Positions 19,937 through 29,675 are shown, counted from the first letter of the stretch. The stretch: DNA of 64,000 nucleotides from Clostridia bacterium (GCA_045661145.1 JAZRFC010000075.1:20763-84762), one strand, 5' to 3'. Notes: a model not told the origin generated them from the sequence alone. Made by a program: numbers and translations.

Positions 19937-20308
19937 TTACTTAAGTTCAACCTTTGCGCCAACTTCTTCAAGCTGAGCCTTGATCTTTTCAGCGTCGTCC
20001 TTAGAAACAGCTTCCTTAAGAGTCTTGGGAGCACCATCAACTGCTTCCTTAGCTTCCTTAAGGCCAAGACCTGTGATTTCACGAACAACCTTGATAACCT
20101 TAATCTTTTCTGCACCTGCATCTGCAAGAACAACGTCAAATTCTGTCTTTTCTTCAGCTGCTGCACCTGCATCGCCAGCTGCTGCTACCATAGCAACGGG
20201 AGCTGCTGCGCTTACGCCAAATTCTTCCTCCATAGCCTTTACGAGCTCAGCTACTTCGAGGAGCTTGAGTTCTTTAATTTCAGCAATAATTGTTTCGATC
20301 TTACTCAT
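19937..20308 (-). CDS. rplL: 50S ribosomal protein L7/L12
   Basis: 123 aa with [32 protein letters not shown]. Confidence 0.95.
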   Translation of the reverse strand: MSKIETIIAEIKELKLLEVAELVKAMEEEFGVSAAAPVAMVAAAGDAGAAAEEKTEFDVVLADAGAEKIKVIKVVREITGLGLKEAKEAVDGAPKTLKEAVSKDDAEKIKAQLEEVGAKVELK

Positions 20309-20342
20309 TTTTACTTACCTCCTATAATAAGTTAAATAATTT

Positions 20343-20966
20343 TTATTCTTCTGTAGGAGCTGCTGCTTCTGAAGCATCAGCTTCCTCTGCTGCAGGAGCT
20401 TCCTCTACGGGAGCTTCTACTACTGCTTCCTCTGCGGGAGCTTCTTCCTTCTCAACCTTGATGTCAGCGGGCTCTACGCCGTTATCAACAAGTGCCTGCA
20501 ATGTACGTGCAAGATTGCTGATAGGTGCGTTGAGGCTGCCGAGCAACTTAGCAAGAAGAGTTTCACGGTTGGGTGTAGCTGCAAGTGTCTTAACTTCGTC
20601 AAGAGCGAGCACCTTACCATCCAGGAAACCTGCCTTGATTTCGAGCTGTTCGTGAGTCTTTGCAAACTCAGCGATAACCTTTGCGGGAGCAACTTCATCT
20701 GTCATGCTGAGTGCAAGAGATGTAGGTCCGTTAAGGATAGGATCGAGCTCGTCAAAGCCAACTTCCTTCGCTGCAAAGCGTGCAAGAGTGTTCTTAATAA
20801 CCTTGTACTCTACGCCTGCTTCGCGAAGCTTGTTACGAAGCTGAGTATCTTCTTCAACTGAAAGTCCGCAGTAATCAACGAATACGCCGGAAACTGCTGT
20901 CTTAAACTGTTCAGACATAGAAGCTACTATCTGCTTCTTTTCTTCGAGAACTTTCTGACTAGGCAT
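20343..20966 (-). CDS. rplJ: 50S ribosomal protein L10 (with ~35-aa Ala/Glu-rich C-terminal extension)
   Basis: 207 aa. The L10 core carries the tail VEKEEAPAEEAVVEAPVEEAPAAEEADASEAAAPTEE. Confidence 0.92.
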   Translation of the reverse strand: MPSQKVLEEKKQIVASMSEQFKTAVSGVFVDYCGLSVEEDTQLRNKLREAGVEYKVIKNTLARFAAKEVGFDELDPILNGPTSLALSMTDEVAPAKVIAEFAKTHEQLEIKAGFLDGKVLALDEVKTLAATPNRETLLAKLLGSLNAPISNLARTLQALVDNGVEPADIKVEKEEAPAEEAVVEAPVEEAPAAEEADASEAAAPTEE

Positions 20967-21149
20967 GTTTTCACCTCACTAATAATAATGAAAAAGGGAT
21001 TCTTCGCCCATAGACGCAAAGAATCCCGAATTTTTGTAGGAATACTTCCTCGGCAGGACTTACCTTTATGCCTGCTGTCTATGGAACTAACGGTGCTATT
21101 ATACACCGCTTGTTAACTTTTGTCAAGAACTAATTTGATTTAAATCAAA
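20967..21149 (-). promoter_or_regulatory. rplA-rplJ intergenic region, probably the L10 leader (autoregulatory L10(L12)4 binding RNA)
   Basis: A ~180-nt structured, GC-richer leader sits between rplA and rplJ, as in other bacteria. It was not fitted to a covariance model. Confidence 0.4.
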
Positions 21150-21842
21150 TTAGCCAATCTTGGATGCATTGATTTTGATGCCAGGGCCCATTGTGCTTGC
21201 TACTGCAACACTCTTAAGATACTGACCCTTAGCTGTAGCGGGCTTCGCCTTGATGATAGCTGCCATAAGAACATCAAAGTTCTCCTTGAGCTTCTCAGGA
21301 CCGAAGGAAGCCTTACCGATGGGGCAGTGAATGATGTTTGTCTTATCAAGACGATACTCAATCTTACCTGCTTTTACATCGTTTACAGCCTTAGCAACGT
21401 CCATGCTTACTGTACCTGCCTTGGGGTTGGGCATAAGGCCCTTGGGTCCAAGGATTCTAGCGATACGTCCGATTACACCCATCATATCAGGTGTAGCGAT
21501 TACTACGTCGAAATCAAGCCAATTTTCTTTCTGAATCTTTTCAACGTATTCTTCTGCGCCTACATATTCAGCGCCTGCTGCCTGTGCTTCGTTAGCCTTT
21601 TCGCCTTTCGCGAAAACAAGAACTCTAACCTTCTTACCTGTACCGTTGGGAAGAACTACAGCACCTCTAACCTGCTGGTCTGCGTGACGGGAGTCAACGC
21701 CGAGCTTTGCGTGGAATTCGATTGTTTCGTCGAACTTAGCGCTTGCAGTCTTTACAACGAGGTCAAGAGCTTCGGCAGGATCATACTGCTTGCCGGCTTC
21801 AATAAGCTGTGCACCGGCTACATATTTCTTACCATGTTTCAT
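21150..21842 (-). CDS. rplA: 50S ribosomal protein L1
   Basis: 230 aa with [20 protein letters not shown]. Confidence 0.95.
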   Translation of the reverse strand: MKHGKKYVAGAQLIEAGKQYDPAEALDLVVKTASAKFDETIEFHAKLGVDSRHADQQVRGAVVLPNGTGKKVRVLVFAKGEKANEAQAAGAEYVGAEEYVEKIQKENWLDFDVVIATPDMMGVIGRIARILGPKGLMPNPKAGTVSMDVAKAVNDVKAGKIEYRLDKTNIIHCPIGKASFGPEKLKENFDVLMAAIIKAKPATAKGQYLKSVAVASTMGPGIKINASKIG

Positions 21843-21898
21843 TACTGTTAACCTCCTTGTGGTTCATCGGGAATTACCCCTCCCACATTACTCTTAGA

Positions 21899-22324
21899 TT
21901 ATTCTTCTACTGTTACGCCCATGCTTCTTGCTGTACCTGCGATCATGCTCATAGCAGCTTCAAGACTTGCAGCGTTGAGATCGGGTCTCTTAAGTTCTGC
22001 AATCTGCTGAAGATCTGCCTTGGAAAGCTGAGCAACCTTCGTCTTGTTAGGTACACCACTACCACTCTCGATCTTACAAGCCTTCTTAATGAGGACTGCA
22101 GCCGGGGGAGTCTTAGTGATGAAGCTGAAGGATCTGTCCGCATAAACGGTAATAACAACGGGGATGATTAATCCTGCGTCTTTAGCTGTTCTCTCGTTGA
22201 ATTCTTTTGTGAACTGTACGATGTTAACACCGTGCTGACCGAGAGCCGGACCAACCGGAGGAGCCGGTGTAGCCTTACCTGCGGGGATTTGCAACTTGAT
22301 ATAACCTGCGATTTTCTGAGCCAT
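21899..22324 (-). CDS. rplK: 50S ribosomal protein L11
   Basis: [35 protein letters not shown]. The start was reassigned to the ATG at 22324, which has an AGGAGG RBS. The ORF-track start of 22456 adds 44 unlikely residues. Confidence 0.92.
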   Translation of the reverse strand: MAQKIAGYIKLQIPAGKATPAPPVGPALGQHGVNIVQFTKEFNERTAKDAGLIIPVVITVYADRSFSFITKTPPAAVLIKKACKIESGSGVPNKTKVAQLSKADLQQIAELKRPDLNAASLEAAMSMIAGTARSMGVTVEE

Positions 22325-22424
22325 GGTTTTGCACCTCCTTGAAAAAAATGTGGTGATAACGAACACTCTTTGAGTGTCCTCCCATCTATAACAAGCCTTG
22401 CGGCTTATTAACAAATAGTACGTA

Positions 22425-22952
22425 TTATTCCAGCGGTTCAATCTGGTAGAAGTCAAACTCTACCTGCATTTCTCTGCCGCCGAACATGGTAACCATAACG
22501 CTAACCTTACGTTTTTCGTTATTGATTTCCAATACTTCACCCATAAAGCCTTCCATAGAGCCGTCGGTAATACGAACTGTATCGCCAACGTCAATGCCAA
22601 GGTCAACTGTCACAGTTTCAACACCGAGACGTTCAACCTCTGCTTCAGAAAGCGGAACGGGTTTGCTTCCCGGTCCTACAAAGCCCGTACAACCACGGGT
22701 ATTGCGAACCACATACCAACTTTCGTCGGTCATTTTCATTTTTATAAATACATATCCGGGGTAAATCTTTCTGGTAACGGCTTTCTTTTCACCCTTATCG
22801 TTTTCCTCGATTGCTTCCTCGACAGGAATGCAAACTTCACCGATAAGTTCACCGAGGCCGCGGTTTTCAACAGTTTTTTCAATACTGTCTTTTACCTTGT
22901 TTTCGTAACCCGAATAAGTATGAGCAACATACCACTTAAATTCAGCACTCAT
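22425..22952 (-). CDS. nusG: Transcription termination/antitermination factor NusG
   Basis: [16 protein letters not shown] (NGN domain) with a C-terminal KOW domain. Confidence 0.93.
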   Translation of the reverse strand: MSAEFKWYVAHTYSGYENKVKDSIEKTVENRGLGELIGEVCIPVEEAIEENDKGEKKAVTRKIYPGYVFIKMKMTDESWYVVRNTRGCTGFVGPGSKPVPLSEAEVERLGVETVTVDLGIDVGDTVRITDGSMEGFMGEVLEINNEKRKVSVMVTMFGGREMQVEFDFYQIEPLE

Positions 22953-22993
22953 AATATATCAGGCGAAGCGCCCTTCCTCCTTTACTGTAATAA

Positions 22994-23209
22994 TCAGCGA
23001 ATAATGAATTTACCGGCTAAGAAAGTAAAGAGTGCATCAAGGCCGAAAATTACAAGACCGATGAGGATAAGTGCCGCAATAACAATCAAAGTGTTGTTAA
23101 GAAGCTGTTTCTTTGAGGGCCAAACAACCTTCTTGAATTCGGATTTAGTACCTTTAATAGATTTGCCGATACGACGGAAGAAGCCTTCCTTTTTAATATT
23201 TTCTCCCAT
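22994..23209 (-). CDS. secE: Preprotein translocase subunit SecE
   Basis: 71 aa with KKVVWPSKKQLLNNTLIVIAALILIGL. Confidence 0.9.
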   Translation of the reverse strand: MGENIKKEGFFRRIGKSIKGTKSEFKKVVWPSKKQLLNNTLIVIAALILIGLVIFGLDALFTFLAGKFIIR

Positions 23210-23225
23210 TAAAGTTCACCTTCTA

Positions 23226-23375
23226 TTACTTAGATTCTTTATGCAGTGTGTGCTTGCGGCAGAAAGGACAATACTTATTCATTTCAAGTCTGTCAGGATT
23301 GTTCTTCTTATTTTTAATAGTATTGTAGTTACGCTGCTTGCATTCTGTGCATGCCAATGTTATTTTAACTCTCAT
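23226..23375 (-). CDS. rpmG: 50S ribosomal protein L33
   Basis: Own translation gives [49 protein letters not shown] (49 aa) with the L33 CxxC...CxxC zinc ribbon. It is too short for the ORF track. Confidence 0.9.
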   Translation of the reverse strand: MRVKITLACTECKQRNYNTIKNKKNNPDRLEMNKYCPFCRKHTLHKESK

Positions 23376-23722
23376 GATTCTGCGCCTCCTGAGTAAGAAT
23401 TTGCCTCGATTTTTTATGCACGTAAAAAAAACCCTGCATAGCGAGGTAAGAATAATATACCATATGTGATTTTTTTTGTCAACACATTTTTTCGGGAAAT
23501 TTTCATTTTTTTAGGTCATTACTATATATAAGGAAGAAAGGGAGCCAACGGCACAAGATAGGCATGGGATTACCTCAAAAATGATAAAATATTTAATGTT
23601 CTTTTATGTAAAAATTCATCCTGCCTTTTGAATTAAAATCTGCATTCAATTCAGTTAATTTATTCTCTGCCCATTTAGTGTCTTTATCAATCCACCACTT
23701 TGAATCAGGATAACATACATTT

Positions 23723-23919
23723 GCACGAAGTGCAACATCGTTTACACCTTAGGTGTAACATCATTGATGCGAAGCATCACATCGTTTGTGCAATAGCACA
23801 ACATCATTTTGTGTCCGTGAATATTTTTTGTTTGTGGCAAAGCCACAAAATGATGTTCAGGCAAAGCCTGAAATGGTGTTGACCGTAAGCGGTCAAATGA
23901 TGTTGTGTCCATAGGACAC
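23723..23919. repeat. Array of 8 short hairpin units (~22-23 bp period); units 1-4 end in AACATC(A/G)TT and units 5-8 end in its reverse complement AAATG(A/G)TGTT
   Basis: Read directly from the sequence (details in the findings). It is not CRISPR-like because there is no conserved repeat and no spacers of spacer length. Confidence 0.6.
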
Positions 23920-23957
23920 AAATACAAAAAAGCAAGCCTTACGACTTGCTTTTTTGA

Positions 23958-24033
23958 TGGTGGGAACAATAGGGCTCGAACCTATGACCCTCTGCTTGTA
24001 AGGCAGATGCTCTCCCAGCTGAGCTATGCTCCC
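23958..24033 (-). tRNA. tRNA-Val (anticodon UAC)
   Basis: The reverse complement GGGAGCATAGCTCAGCTGGGAGAGCATCTGCCTTACAAGCAGAGGGTCATAGGTTCGAGCCCTATTGTTCCCACCA has anticodon loop CTTACAA. Confidence 0.9.
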
Positions 24034-24036
24034 ATA

Positions 24037-24111
24037 TGGTGACCCGTACGAGATTTGAACTCGTGTTACCGCCGTGAAAGGGCGGTGTCTTAACCGCTTG
24101 ACCAACGGGCC
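24037..24111 (-). tRNA. tRNA-Glu (anticodon UUC)
   Basis: The reverse complement GGCCCGTTGGTCAAGCGGTTAAGACACCGCCCTTTCACGGCGGTAACACGAGTTCAAATCTCGTACGGGTCACCA has anticodon loop CTTTCAC. Confidence 0.9.
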
Positions 24112-24115
24112 AAAG

Positions 24116-24192
24116 TGGTAGCGGCGAGTGGGCTCGAACCACCGACCTAACGGGTATGAACCGTTTGCTCTAGCCAACTGAGCTACACCGCC
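24116..24192 (-). tRNA. tRNA with CAU anticodon (elongator Met, or Ile2 if lysidine-modified)
   Basis: The reverse complement GGCGGTGTAGCTCAGTTGGCTAGAGCAAACGGTTCATACCCGTTAGGTCGGTGGTTCGAGCCCACTCGCCGCTACCA has anticodon loop TTCATAC. Confidence 0.85.
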
Positions 24193-24225
24193 ACATGTAC
24201 AAGACTTTCGCCTGACACATTGGCT

Positions 24226-24254
24226 ATTATAATATAGCGTTTTACAAAAGTCAA
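24226..24254 (-). promoter_or_regulatory. Consensus sigma-A promoter of the tRNA Met-Glu-Val operon
   Basis: On the minus strand, TTGACT then a 17-bp spacer then TATAAT. Confidence 0.65.
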
Positions 24255-24277
24255 GTATTTTTTTCACTTTTTTTCAA

Positions 24278-24712
24278 TTATTTCCGAAGCAGCTCGTCAA
24301 ATGCCTCTATATAGCCATTCAGTCCCTTTCCCGTAATCGTCTTTTGGGCAACAAGGGAAATATAGGAAAACTGACGGAAGCTTTCCCTCTCCTCTATTTT
24401 GGAAATATGCACCTCTACCGTGGGGATTGCTACTGTCTTGAGTGCATCTAAAATAGCGATGCTTGTATGCGTATAAGCGGCAGGGTTTATGATTATCCCG
24501 TCAGTATTCCCGTACGCCGCCTGAATTCTGTCTACAATATCTCCCTCGTGATTTGACTGATAGAACTCCACCTCCACGCCTTTTTTGTCGGCGTGTGCCT
24601 GAACCATTTCTACCAAATCATTATAGGTAGACTTTCCGTACACATCAGGCTCGCGTATTCCCAGCATATTAAGATTGGGGCCGTTAATAACAAGTATCTT
24701 CATAAGTATCAC
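24278..24712 (-). CDS. aroQ: 3-dehydroquinate dehydratase, type II
   Basis: MKILVINGPNLNMLGIREPDVYG and 144 aa. Confidence 0.92.
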   Translation of the reverse strand: MILMKILVINGPNLNMLGIREPDVYGKSTYNDLVEMVQAHADKKGVEVEFYQSNHEGDIVDRIQAAYGNTDGIIINPAAYTHTSIAILDALKTVAIPTVEVHISKIEERESFRQFSYISLVAQKTITGKGLNGYIEAFDELLRK

Positions 24713-24940
24713 CTTTTATTCATTATTTTAAAATAGGGGATGTTAAAAAAGTCCAGACCGCAAAAAGGCAATAATAATATGGAAATTTAGGTGGTGCTTA
24801 AATCCAAAAACATCTTAATTTGGTTGAAAAATCTCACTTTATTCGATTTTTCTAAGTTTTTAAGCCTTTTTTGCTACGGGCAAACTTCGCCGCTCGCTGT
24901 ATACACATACAGCTTCGGGTAACCCACGGCAAGCCGTGGC

Positions 24941-26188
24941 TCAGTTTGTCCGTTCTGAAGCATTTTTTCCTATCCCCGTACATTTAAGAATTTGTGAGGC
25001 AGTTTCCTGCCACGTTTTTTGCGATTTTACGGAAAAGTGGCTTAATTTCTCGTACAAAGGAAAACGCACCTCGTACATTTCCCGGAGTTTTGATATGCCG
25101 CCTTGGGACAAGGGTCTGCCTTTAGTGGATAATCTTTCAACGTCACGGTCAATGAAAACAACCGTTCCATTCTGGTGTATTATATCGTAGTTTTCTTCCC
25201 TTGTCACAGCACCGCCGCCTGTCGCAATTACACAACCTGACTTTTTGCAAAGGTCGGCGAGGGTTTCCGTTTCTATTTTGCGGAAATGTTCCTCTCCATA
25301 TTTTTCTATAATTTCGGCAGGAGTTTCACCTTTTTTGGCAATTTCCTCGTCACTATCATAAAACTCCCTGCCCAGAAGCTCCGCAAGGTATTGCCCCACG
25401 GTTGATTTTCCCGAGCCGGGCATTCCCACGAGTATAATATTCTTTGTATCTTTTTCAATAATATTTTTTATGCGTGTAATTTCGCTGTCGGGAATTTCCT
25501 TGCCTGTAAATATTTCCGAGGCTTTTTTTGCCTGAGCTACAAGCATACCCAAACCGTTTGCCGTTTTGAGTCCTCGCTTTTCAGCATCAAGGATAAGTTT
25601 AGTTTTTGAAGGGTTGTAGATAAGGTCAAGCACGGCTTCACATTTTTTAAAATCATTAATTTCAACAGGTGACTTTCCCGTTTCGGGATACATTCCCACG
25701 GGAGTTGCATTTACAATAATCTGTGCGTCGTAATAGCTTTCCATATCCCCTGCCTTGATTTCGGCAGAAGTTACCGTCCGCACACTTTTTGCACCCATAT
25801 CGCTAAGAACACAGACCACGGTTTTTGCCGCACCGCCGGTTCCGAGGATGACCGCATCCTTTCCTATTATATCTGCACCCGTTTCCTTTATCTGATAAGA
25901 AAACCCGTAATAGTCCGTGTTATAGCCAACAAGCTTTCCGTCTTTTTTAAGGACAGTATTTACTGCCCCGATTCGGAGTGCATCGGGAGAGATTTCATCC
26001 AGATATTCGATTACGGTCTTCTTATATGGAATTGTGACATTAAGCCCGTCAAACTCCTTTTTCCGAAAGAACTCCCCTACCTCGTTTTCCGCAAGCTCCT
26101 TATATTCATAGGAATAGTCGGCAAGCTCATTATGGATAGGTTTTGAAAAAGAGTGACTGAGCTTTTTCGCAATTAGGTAAATGTTCAT
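24941..26188 (-). CDS. Bifunctional shikimate dehydrogenase / shikimate kinase (AroE-AroK fusion)
   Basis: The N-terminal ~270 aa is shikimate dehydrogenase with a GTGGAAKTVV Rossmann motif. The C-terminal ~140 aa carries the shikimate kinase P-loop ILVGMPGSGKSTVGQYLAELLGREFYDSD. Confidence 0.88.
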   Translation of the reverse strand: MNIYLIAKKLSHSFSKPIHNELADYSYEYKELAENEVGEFFRKKEFDGLNVTIPYKKTVIEYLDEISPDALRIGAVNTVLKKDGKLVGYNTDYYGFSYQIKETGADIIGKDAVILGTGGAAKTVVCVLSDMGAKSVRTVTSAEIKAGDMESYYDAQIIVNATPVGMYPETGKSPVEINDFKKCEAVLDLIYNPSKTKLILDAEKRGLKTANGLGMLVAQAKKASEIFTGKEIPDSEITRIKNIIEKDTKNIILVGMPGSGKSTVGQYLAELLGREFYDSDEEIAKKGETPAEIIEKYGEEHFRKIETETLADLCKKSGCVIATGGGAVTREENYDIIHQNGTVVFIDRDVERLSTKGRPLSQGGISKLREMYEVRFPLYEKLSHFSVKSQKTWQETASQILKCTGIGKNASERTN

Positions 26189-26193
26189 TAAAA

Positions 26194-27342
26194 TCAGGCC
26201 TCTCTGTAACTGCCAAGGTATTTCACGTTTTTCTCACCCAAAGAGTATTCAAGCAAGTCTATTATGGCAGGAAGCTTTTCGGAATAAACCGACACATCTA
26301 TATCGAAATAGAACATAAATTCGAAGTCGCTTTCGGGGATGGGACGGCTTTCCAATTTAATAATGTTGATGCCGAGAGAATAGAAATTTGCAATTACGCT
26401 GTAAAGAGCACCTGCTTTGTGAGGTGTCCTTATAAGAAGGCTTGTTCTATCGGCACCGGGGTAAATTTCAAGATTTTTGGAGAAGCAGATGAACCTTGTA
26501 TAGTTATTCTTTGTGTTCTGCACATAGGGCTTTACAACCTGCAGGCCATACTGCACCGCACAGATTTCTCCTGAAAGTGCGGCAACATCGCATCTTTCGG
26601 ATTCCGCTACCATTTTCGCAGCAACGGCTGTGTTTTCACATTCTGTTACCTTTACGCCCTTGCCAAGGGATTCAAGAAATTCACTGCACTGGCTGATTGC
26701 CTGAGGATGAGAATAGATTTCCTTTATATTTCCTAACTGAGTGCCCTTTTTGGAAAGCAGGCTGTGTTCTATCTGCATTCTTGTACTGCGGACAATACTG
26801 AATTTATGTTCACTCATAAGGTTGTATATCTGCGTAACACTACCTGCACTGCTGTTTTCAAGAGGCACTACGCCATACGCACAAAGTCCGCTTTCAACCG
26901 CATGGAAAACCGCCTCGAAAGAATTGCAATACATAATTGACGGTTTTTCAAAAAGCTTCTGACAAGCAACTGAGGAATGTGCCCCCTCTACACCCTGACA
27001 GGCAACAAATGCCTTTTCGGGAAAAAGGTTGGGGGTTTCCTGCATAGCCTTTTTAATACTCTCGGAAAGCCCTGATTGGGGAGAAAGGAATTTACTCTGA
27101 TAAGTACGGCTGAGGTCAAGAATGGAGCCGTAGAGTCTTCTTGCATAGTCACCGTATTCCTCGCCTGCATTTTCCTCTACTTTTTCAAGGAGTTTTCTTT
27201 CTCTTTCGGAATCATATACAGCCATTCCCGATTCTTTTTTATATGCGGCTACTTCCTTTGCTACATTCATTCTTTTTGTGAAAAGCTCTACCAATTCCTT
27301 ATCTATACTGTCTATTTCTTTTCTGCAATCTTCAAGATTCAT
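26194..27342 (-). CDS. pheA: Bifunctional chorismate mutase / prephenate dehydratase (P-protein) with ACT domain
   Basis: N-terminal AroQ-class chorismate mutase (DSIDKELVELFTKRMNVAKEVAAYK), then a prephenate dehydratase domain and a C-terminal ACT domain. Confidence 0.88.
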   Translation of the reverse strand: MNLEDCRKEIDSIDKELVELFTKRMNVAKEVAAYKKESGMAVYDSERERKLLEKVEENAGEEYGDYARRLYGSILDLSRTYQSKFLSPQSGLSESIKKAMQETPNLFPEKAFVACQGVEGAHSSVACQKLFEKPSIMYCNSFEAVFHAVESGLCAYGVVPLENSSAGSVTQIYNLMSEHKFSIVRSTRMQIEHSLLSKKGTQLGNIKEIYSHPQAISQCSEFLESLGKGVKVTECENTAVAAKMVAESERCDVAALSGEICAVQYGLQVVKPYVQNTKNNYTRFICFSKNLEIYPGADRTSLLIRTPHKAGALYSVIANFYSLGINIIKLESRPIPESDFEFMFYFDIDVSVYSEKLPAIIDLLEYSLGEKNVKYLGSYREA

Positions 27343-27354
27343 TTTTTCTGCACC

Positions 27355-28422
27355 TCACAAAATTTTATTTGCAACAGCTATTGCCGCTGCTGCTTCGATG
27401 CAGGCTACTGCCCTTTTTACAATACAAGGGTCGTGTCTGCCCTCTACTACAAGTGTTGTATTCTCTTTTTTGGAAAGAGACACACTCTTCTGTTCCTTTC
27501 CGATAGACGGAGTGGGTTTTATTGCCACCTTAAATATTATGGGCATACCACTTGATATTCCACCTAATATTCCGCCGTGGTTATTAGTTTCGGTTACTAT
27601 TTTTCCGTCTTTTACCATAAAGGCATCGTTATTTTCGCTTCCTCTTATTCTTGAGGAATCAAAACCTCTGCCGAACTCTATTCCCTTTACGGCAGGGATG
27701 GCAAATACTGCTGACGAAATACTGCTTTCCCATCCTCCGAAAAATGTGTTGCCAACACCGGCAGGCACACCTGTAATTGCACATTCTATTGTGCCGCCGA
27801 TACTGTCTGCATCCTTTTTGGCAGAGAGAATTTCCTCTTTCATTTTTTCGCCCTTTTCATCATTCAATACAGGGAAAGGCTTACTGTCTACAAAATCACT
27901 TTTAGTAACATTGCAGGGGTCAAAGCTGTCGTCCTCCACACTGCCTATTGAGGAAATATGCGCACCTATAAAAATGCCCTTTTCCTCCAAAAGTTGCTTC
28001 AGAATTCCGCCTGCTATACAAAGAGTGGCCGTGAGCCTGCCCGAAAACTGACCTCCGCCGCTTACATCTCTGTATTCACCAAATTTGCTCCATGCCGCAA
28101 AATCAGCGTGACCGGGACGTGGAATGTCTTTAAGGTTTTCGTAATCCTTTGAACGGGTATTGGTATTTTCTATGATACCGCAAAGGGGTGCACCGTTTGT
28201 AAAGCCGTTTGTAATTCCTGCAACAAACTTTACCTTATCCCCTTCTTTTCGGGTGGTGGAAAATTCATCATTACCCGGGGCACGTCGTGCCATAAAGAGG
28301 GAAAGCTTTTCCTCATCAATCTTAATTCCTGCAGGCAAGGCCTCGATAACTACGCCCATCGCCTCGGAATGAGATTGCCCAAAAAGAGATATTCTGATTT
28401 TTTCACCTGTCGTAAAGCTCAT
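27355..28422 (-). CDS. aroC: Chorismate synthase
   Basis: SLFGQSHSEAMGVVIEALPAGI signature. The start is set at MSFTTGEK (28422), overlapping the aroA end by 20 nt. The ORF extends to 28491. Confidence 0.9.
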   Translation of the reverse strand: MSFTTGEKIRISLFGQSHSEAMGVVIEALPAGIKIDEEKLSLFMARRAPGNDEFSTTRKEGDKVKFVAGITNGFTNGAPLCGIIENTNTRSKDYENLKDIPRPGHADFAAWSKFGEYRDVSGGGQFSGRLTATLCIAGGILKQLLEEKGIFIGAHISSIGSVEDDSFDPCNVTKSDFVDSKPFPVLNDEKGEKMKEEILSAKKDADSIGGTIECAITGVPAGVGNTFFGGWESSISSAVFAIPAVKGIEFGRGFDSSRIRGSENNDAFMVKDGKIVTETNNHGGILGGISSGMPIIFKVAIKPTPSIGKEQKSVSLSKKENTTLVVEGRHDPCIVKRAVACIEAAAAIAVANKIL

Positions 28423-29674
28423 TGCACTTACCTCCAAGCATAGTAAATTTTTCGTAGAATTCAGGGTAGGATTTATTGACCGCTTCGGCAATGTCTATGG
28501 TAACATCTCCCTTGCACACGAGAGATGCTATTGCACCACTCATTGCAATGCGGTGGTCGTTGGCACTTGTTATATTTCCGCCTGTAAGCGTGCTTCCCGT
28601 AACATAAATATTATTTTCATCAAAATCTATTTTTCCGTCAAGGGCTGTTATCATATCAACGGTGGTTTTAACACGGTCGCTTTCCTTGTCACGGAGCCGT
28701 TGTATATTTTTGAATACGGTAGTCCCCTCTGCCCTTGTTGCTGCTACACAAAGAATCGGAACAATGTCGGGAATGTCCGCACAATCTACCGTGATTGCCC
28801 TGAGATTTGATTTCTTTACAGTTACGCTGTTTTTGTCACGGGTTATATCGGCTCCCATCTTGTTGAGAATCTCCAAAGCACGGCTATCACCCTGAAAAGT
28901 ATCTTCACAAAGTGATGTGCAGGTAATACCCTCTTCCGAGCCGATGGCACCTGCCACTAGCCAGAATGCACCGTTTGACCAATCGCCCTCTATTTCAAAA
29001 AAATCAGTTGACGTAAACCTCTGCCCCTCGGGGACTATGTATCCGTTTTCCGTCTTTTCGGTATTTACACCAAATTTTTTCATAATGTCGATTGTTATAT
29101 CAATATACGGTCCGCTTTTTATGGGAGTGGTTGCCTTAATTTCTCCGCCGCCTGTTACACCAAGAGCTAAAAGGAGTCCCGTTATAAACTGACTGCTGAT
29201 GTTTCCGGGGATTTCAAAAATATTCCCCGAAAGCTGTCCCTCTGTTTTGCAGGGCAGAAAGCTTTCACCATAAGAGGTTGTTACTCCATTTTTGTTAAGC
29301 ACTTCGCACAAGGGAAGCAAGGGGCGTTCCCCCAGCCGTTCTGCACCTGTAAAGGTGCATTTTTTTCCAAGTGCCGCCGCAAATGGAAGCATAAAGCGGA
29401 GGGTTGAACCGCTTTCACGGCAGTTCAGAACACATTCACTGCCCTGCTTTTGGATGGGATAAACTGTCACTCCGTCTTTTGTATATTCAACTTTCCCACC
29501 GAGGGATTCTATGCACTCTATCGTTGCCTTTGTATCCTCGGAATAGGAGTTTGTTATAATCTTTGTTGGTCTGTCTGCCGCCGCCGCACATATAAGTGCC
29601 CTGTGCATACAGGATTTTGACGGTGGAGCTGAAACCGTTCCGTTTAGTTTTGAGGGTGAAAGCAAAACTTTCAT
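28403..29674 (-). CDS. aroA: 3-phosphoshikimate 1-carboxyvinyltransferase (EPSP synthase)
   Basis: 423 aa with an MKVLLSPSKLNGTVSAPPSKS... N-terminus and the EPSPS fold motifs. Confidence 0.92.
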   Translation of the reverse strand: MKVLLSPSKLNGTVSAPPSKSCMHRALICAAAADRPTKIITNSYSEDTKATIECIESLGGKVEYTKDGVTVYPIQKQGSECVLNCRESGSTLRFMLPFAAALGKKCTFTGAERLGERPLLPLCEVLNKNGVTTSYGESFLPCKTEGQLSGNIFEIPGNISSQFITGLLLALGVTGGGEIKATTPIKSGPYIDITIDIMKKFGVNTEKTENGYIVPEGQRFTSTDFFEIEGDWSNGAFWLVAGAIGSEEGITCTSLCEDTFQGDSRALEILNKMGADITRDKNSVTVKKSNLRAITVDCADIPDIVPILCVAATRAEGTTVFKNIQRLRDKESDRVKTTVDMITALDGKIDFDENNIYVTGSTLTGGNITSANDHRIAMSGAIASLVCKGDVTIDIAEAVNKSYPEFYEKFTMLGGKCNELYDR

Positions 29675-29675
29675 C

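Noticed and set aside
23723-23919. Considered whether the periodic hairpin array is a CRISPR array
   Set aside because: The units are ~22 bp in total, with no conserved 25-40-bp repeat alternating with unique 30-40-bp spacers. The variable part is itself palindromic. No cas genes are nearby.
23893-24267. 124-aa ORF (and 23939..24142) on the minus strand overlapping the tRNA Val/Glu/Met genes
   Set aside because: It is entirely covered by three well-formed tRNA genes and is a spurious reading frame.
24713-24940. GC-rich hairpins (CCACGGCTTGCCGTGG, GCTGTATGTGTATACAGC) between aroEK and aroQ inside the aro operon
   Set aside because: They could be an internal attenuator or a REP-like insert, but there is no U-run, no second copy in the window and no recognisable motif. 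Too weak to call.
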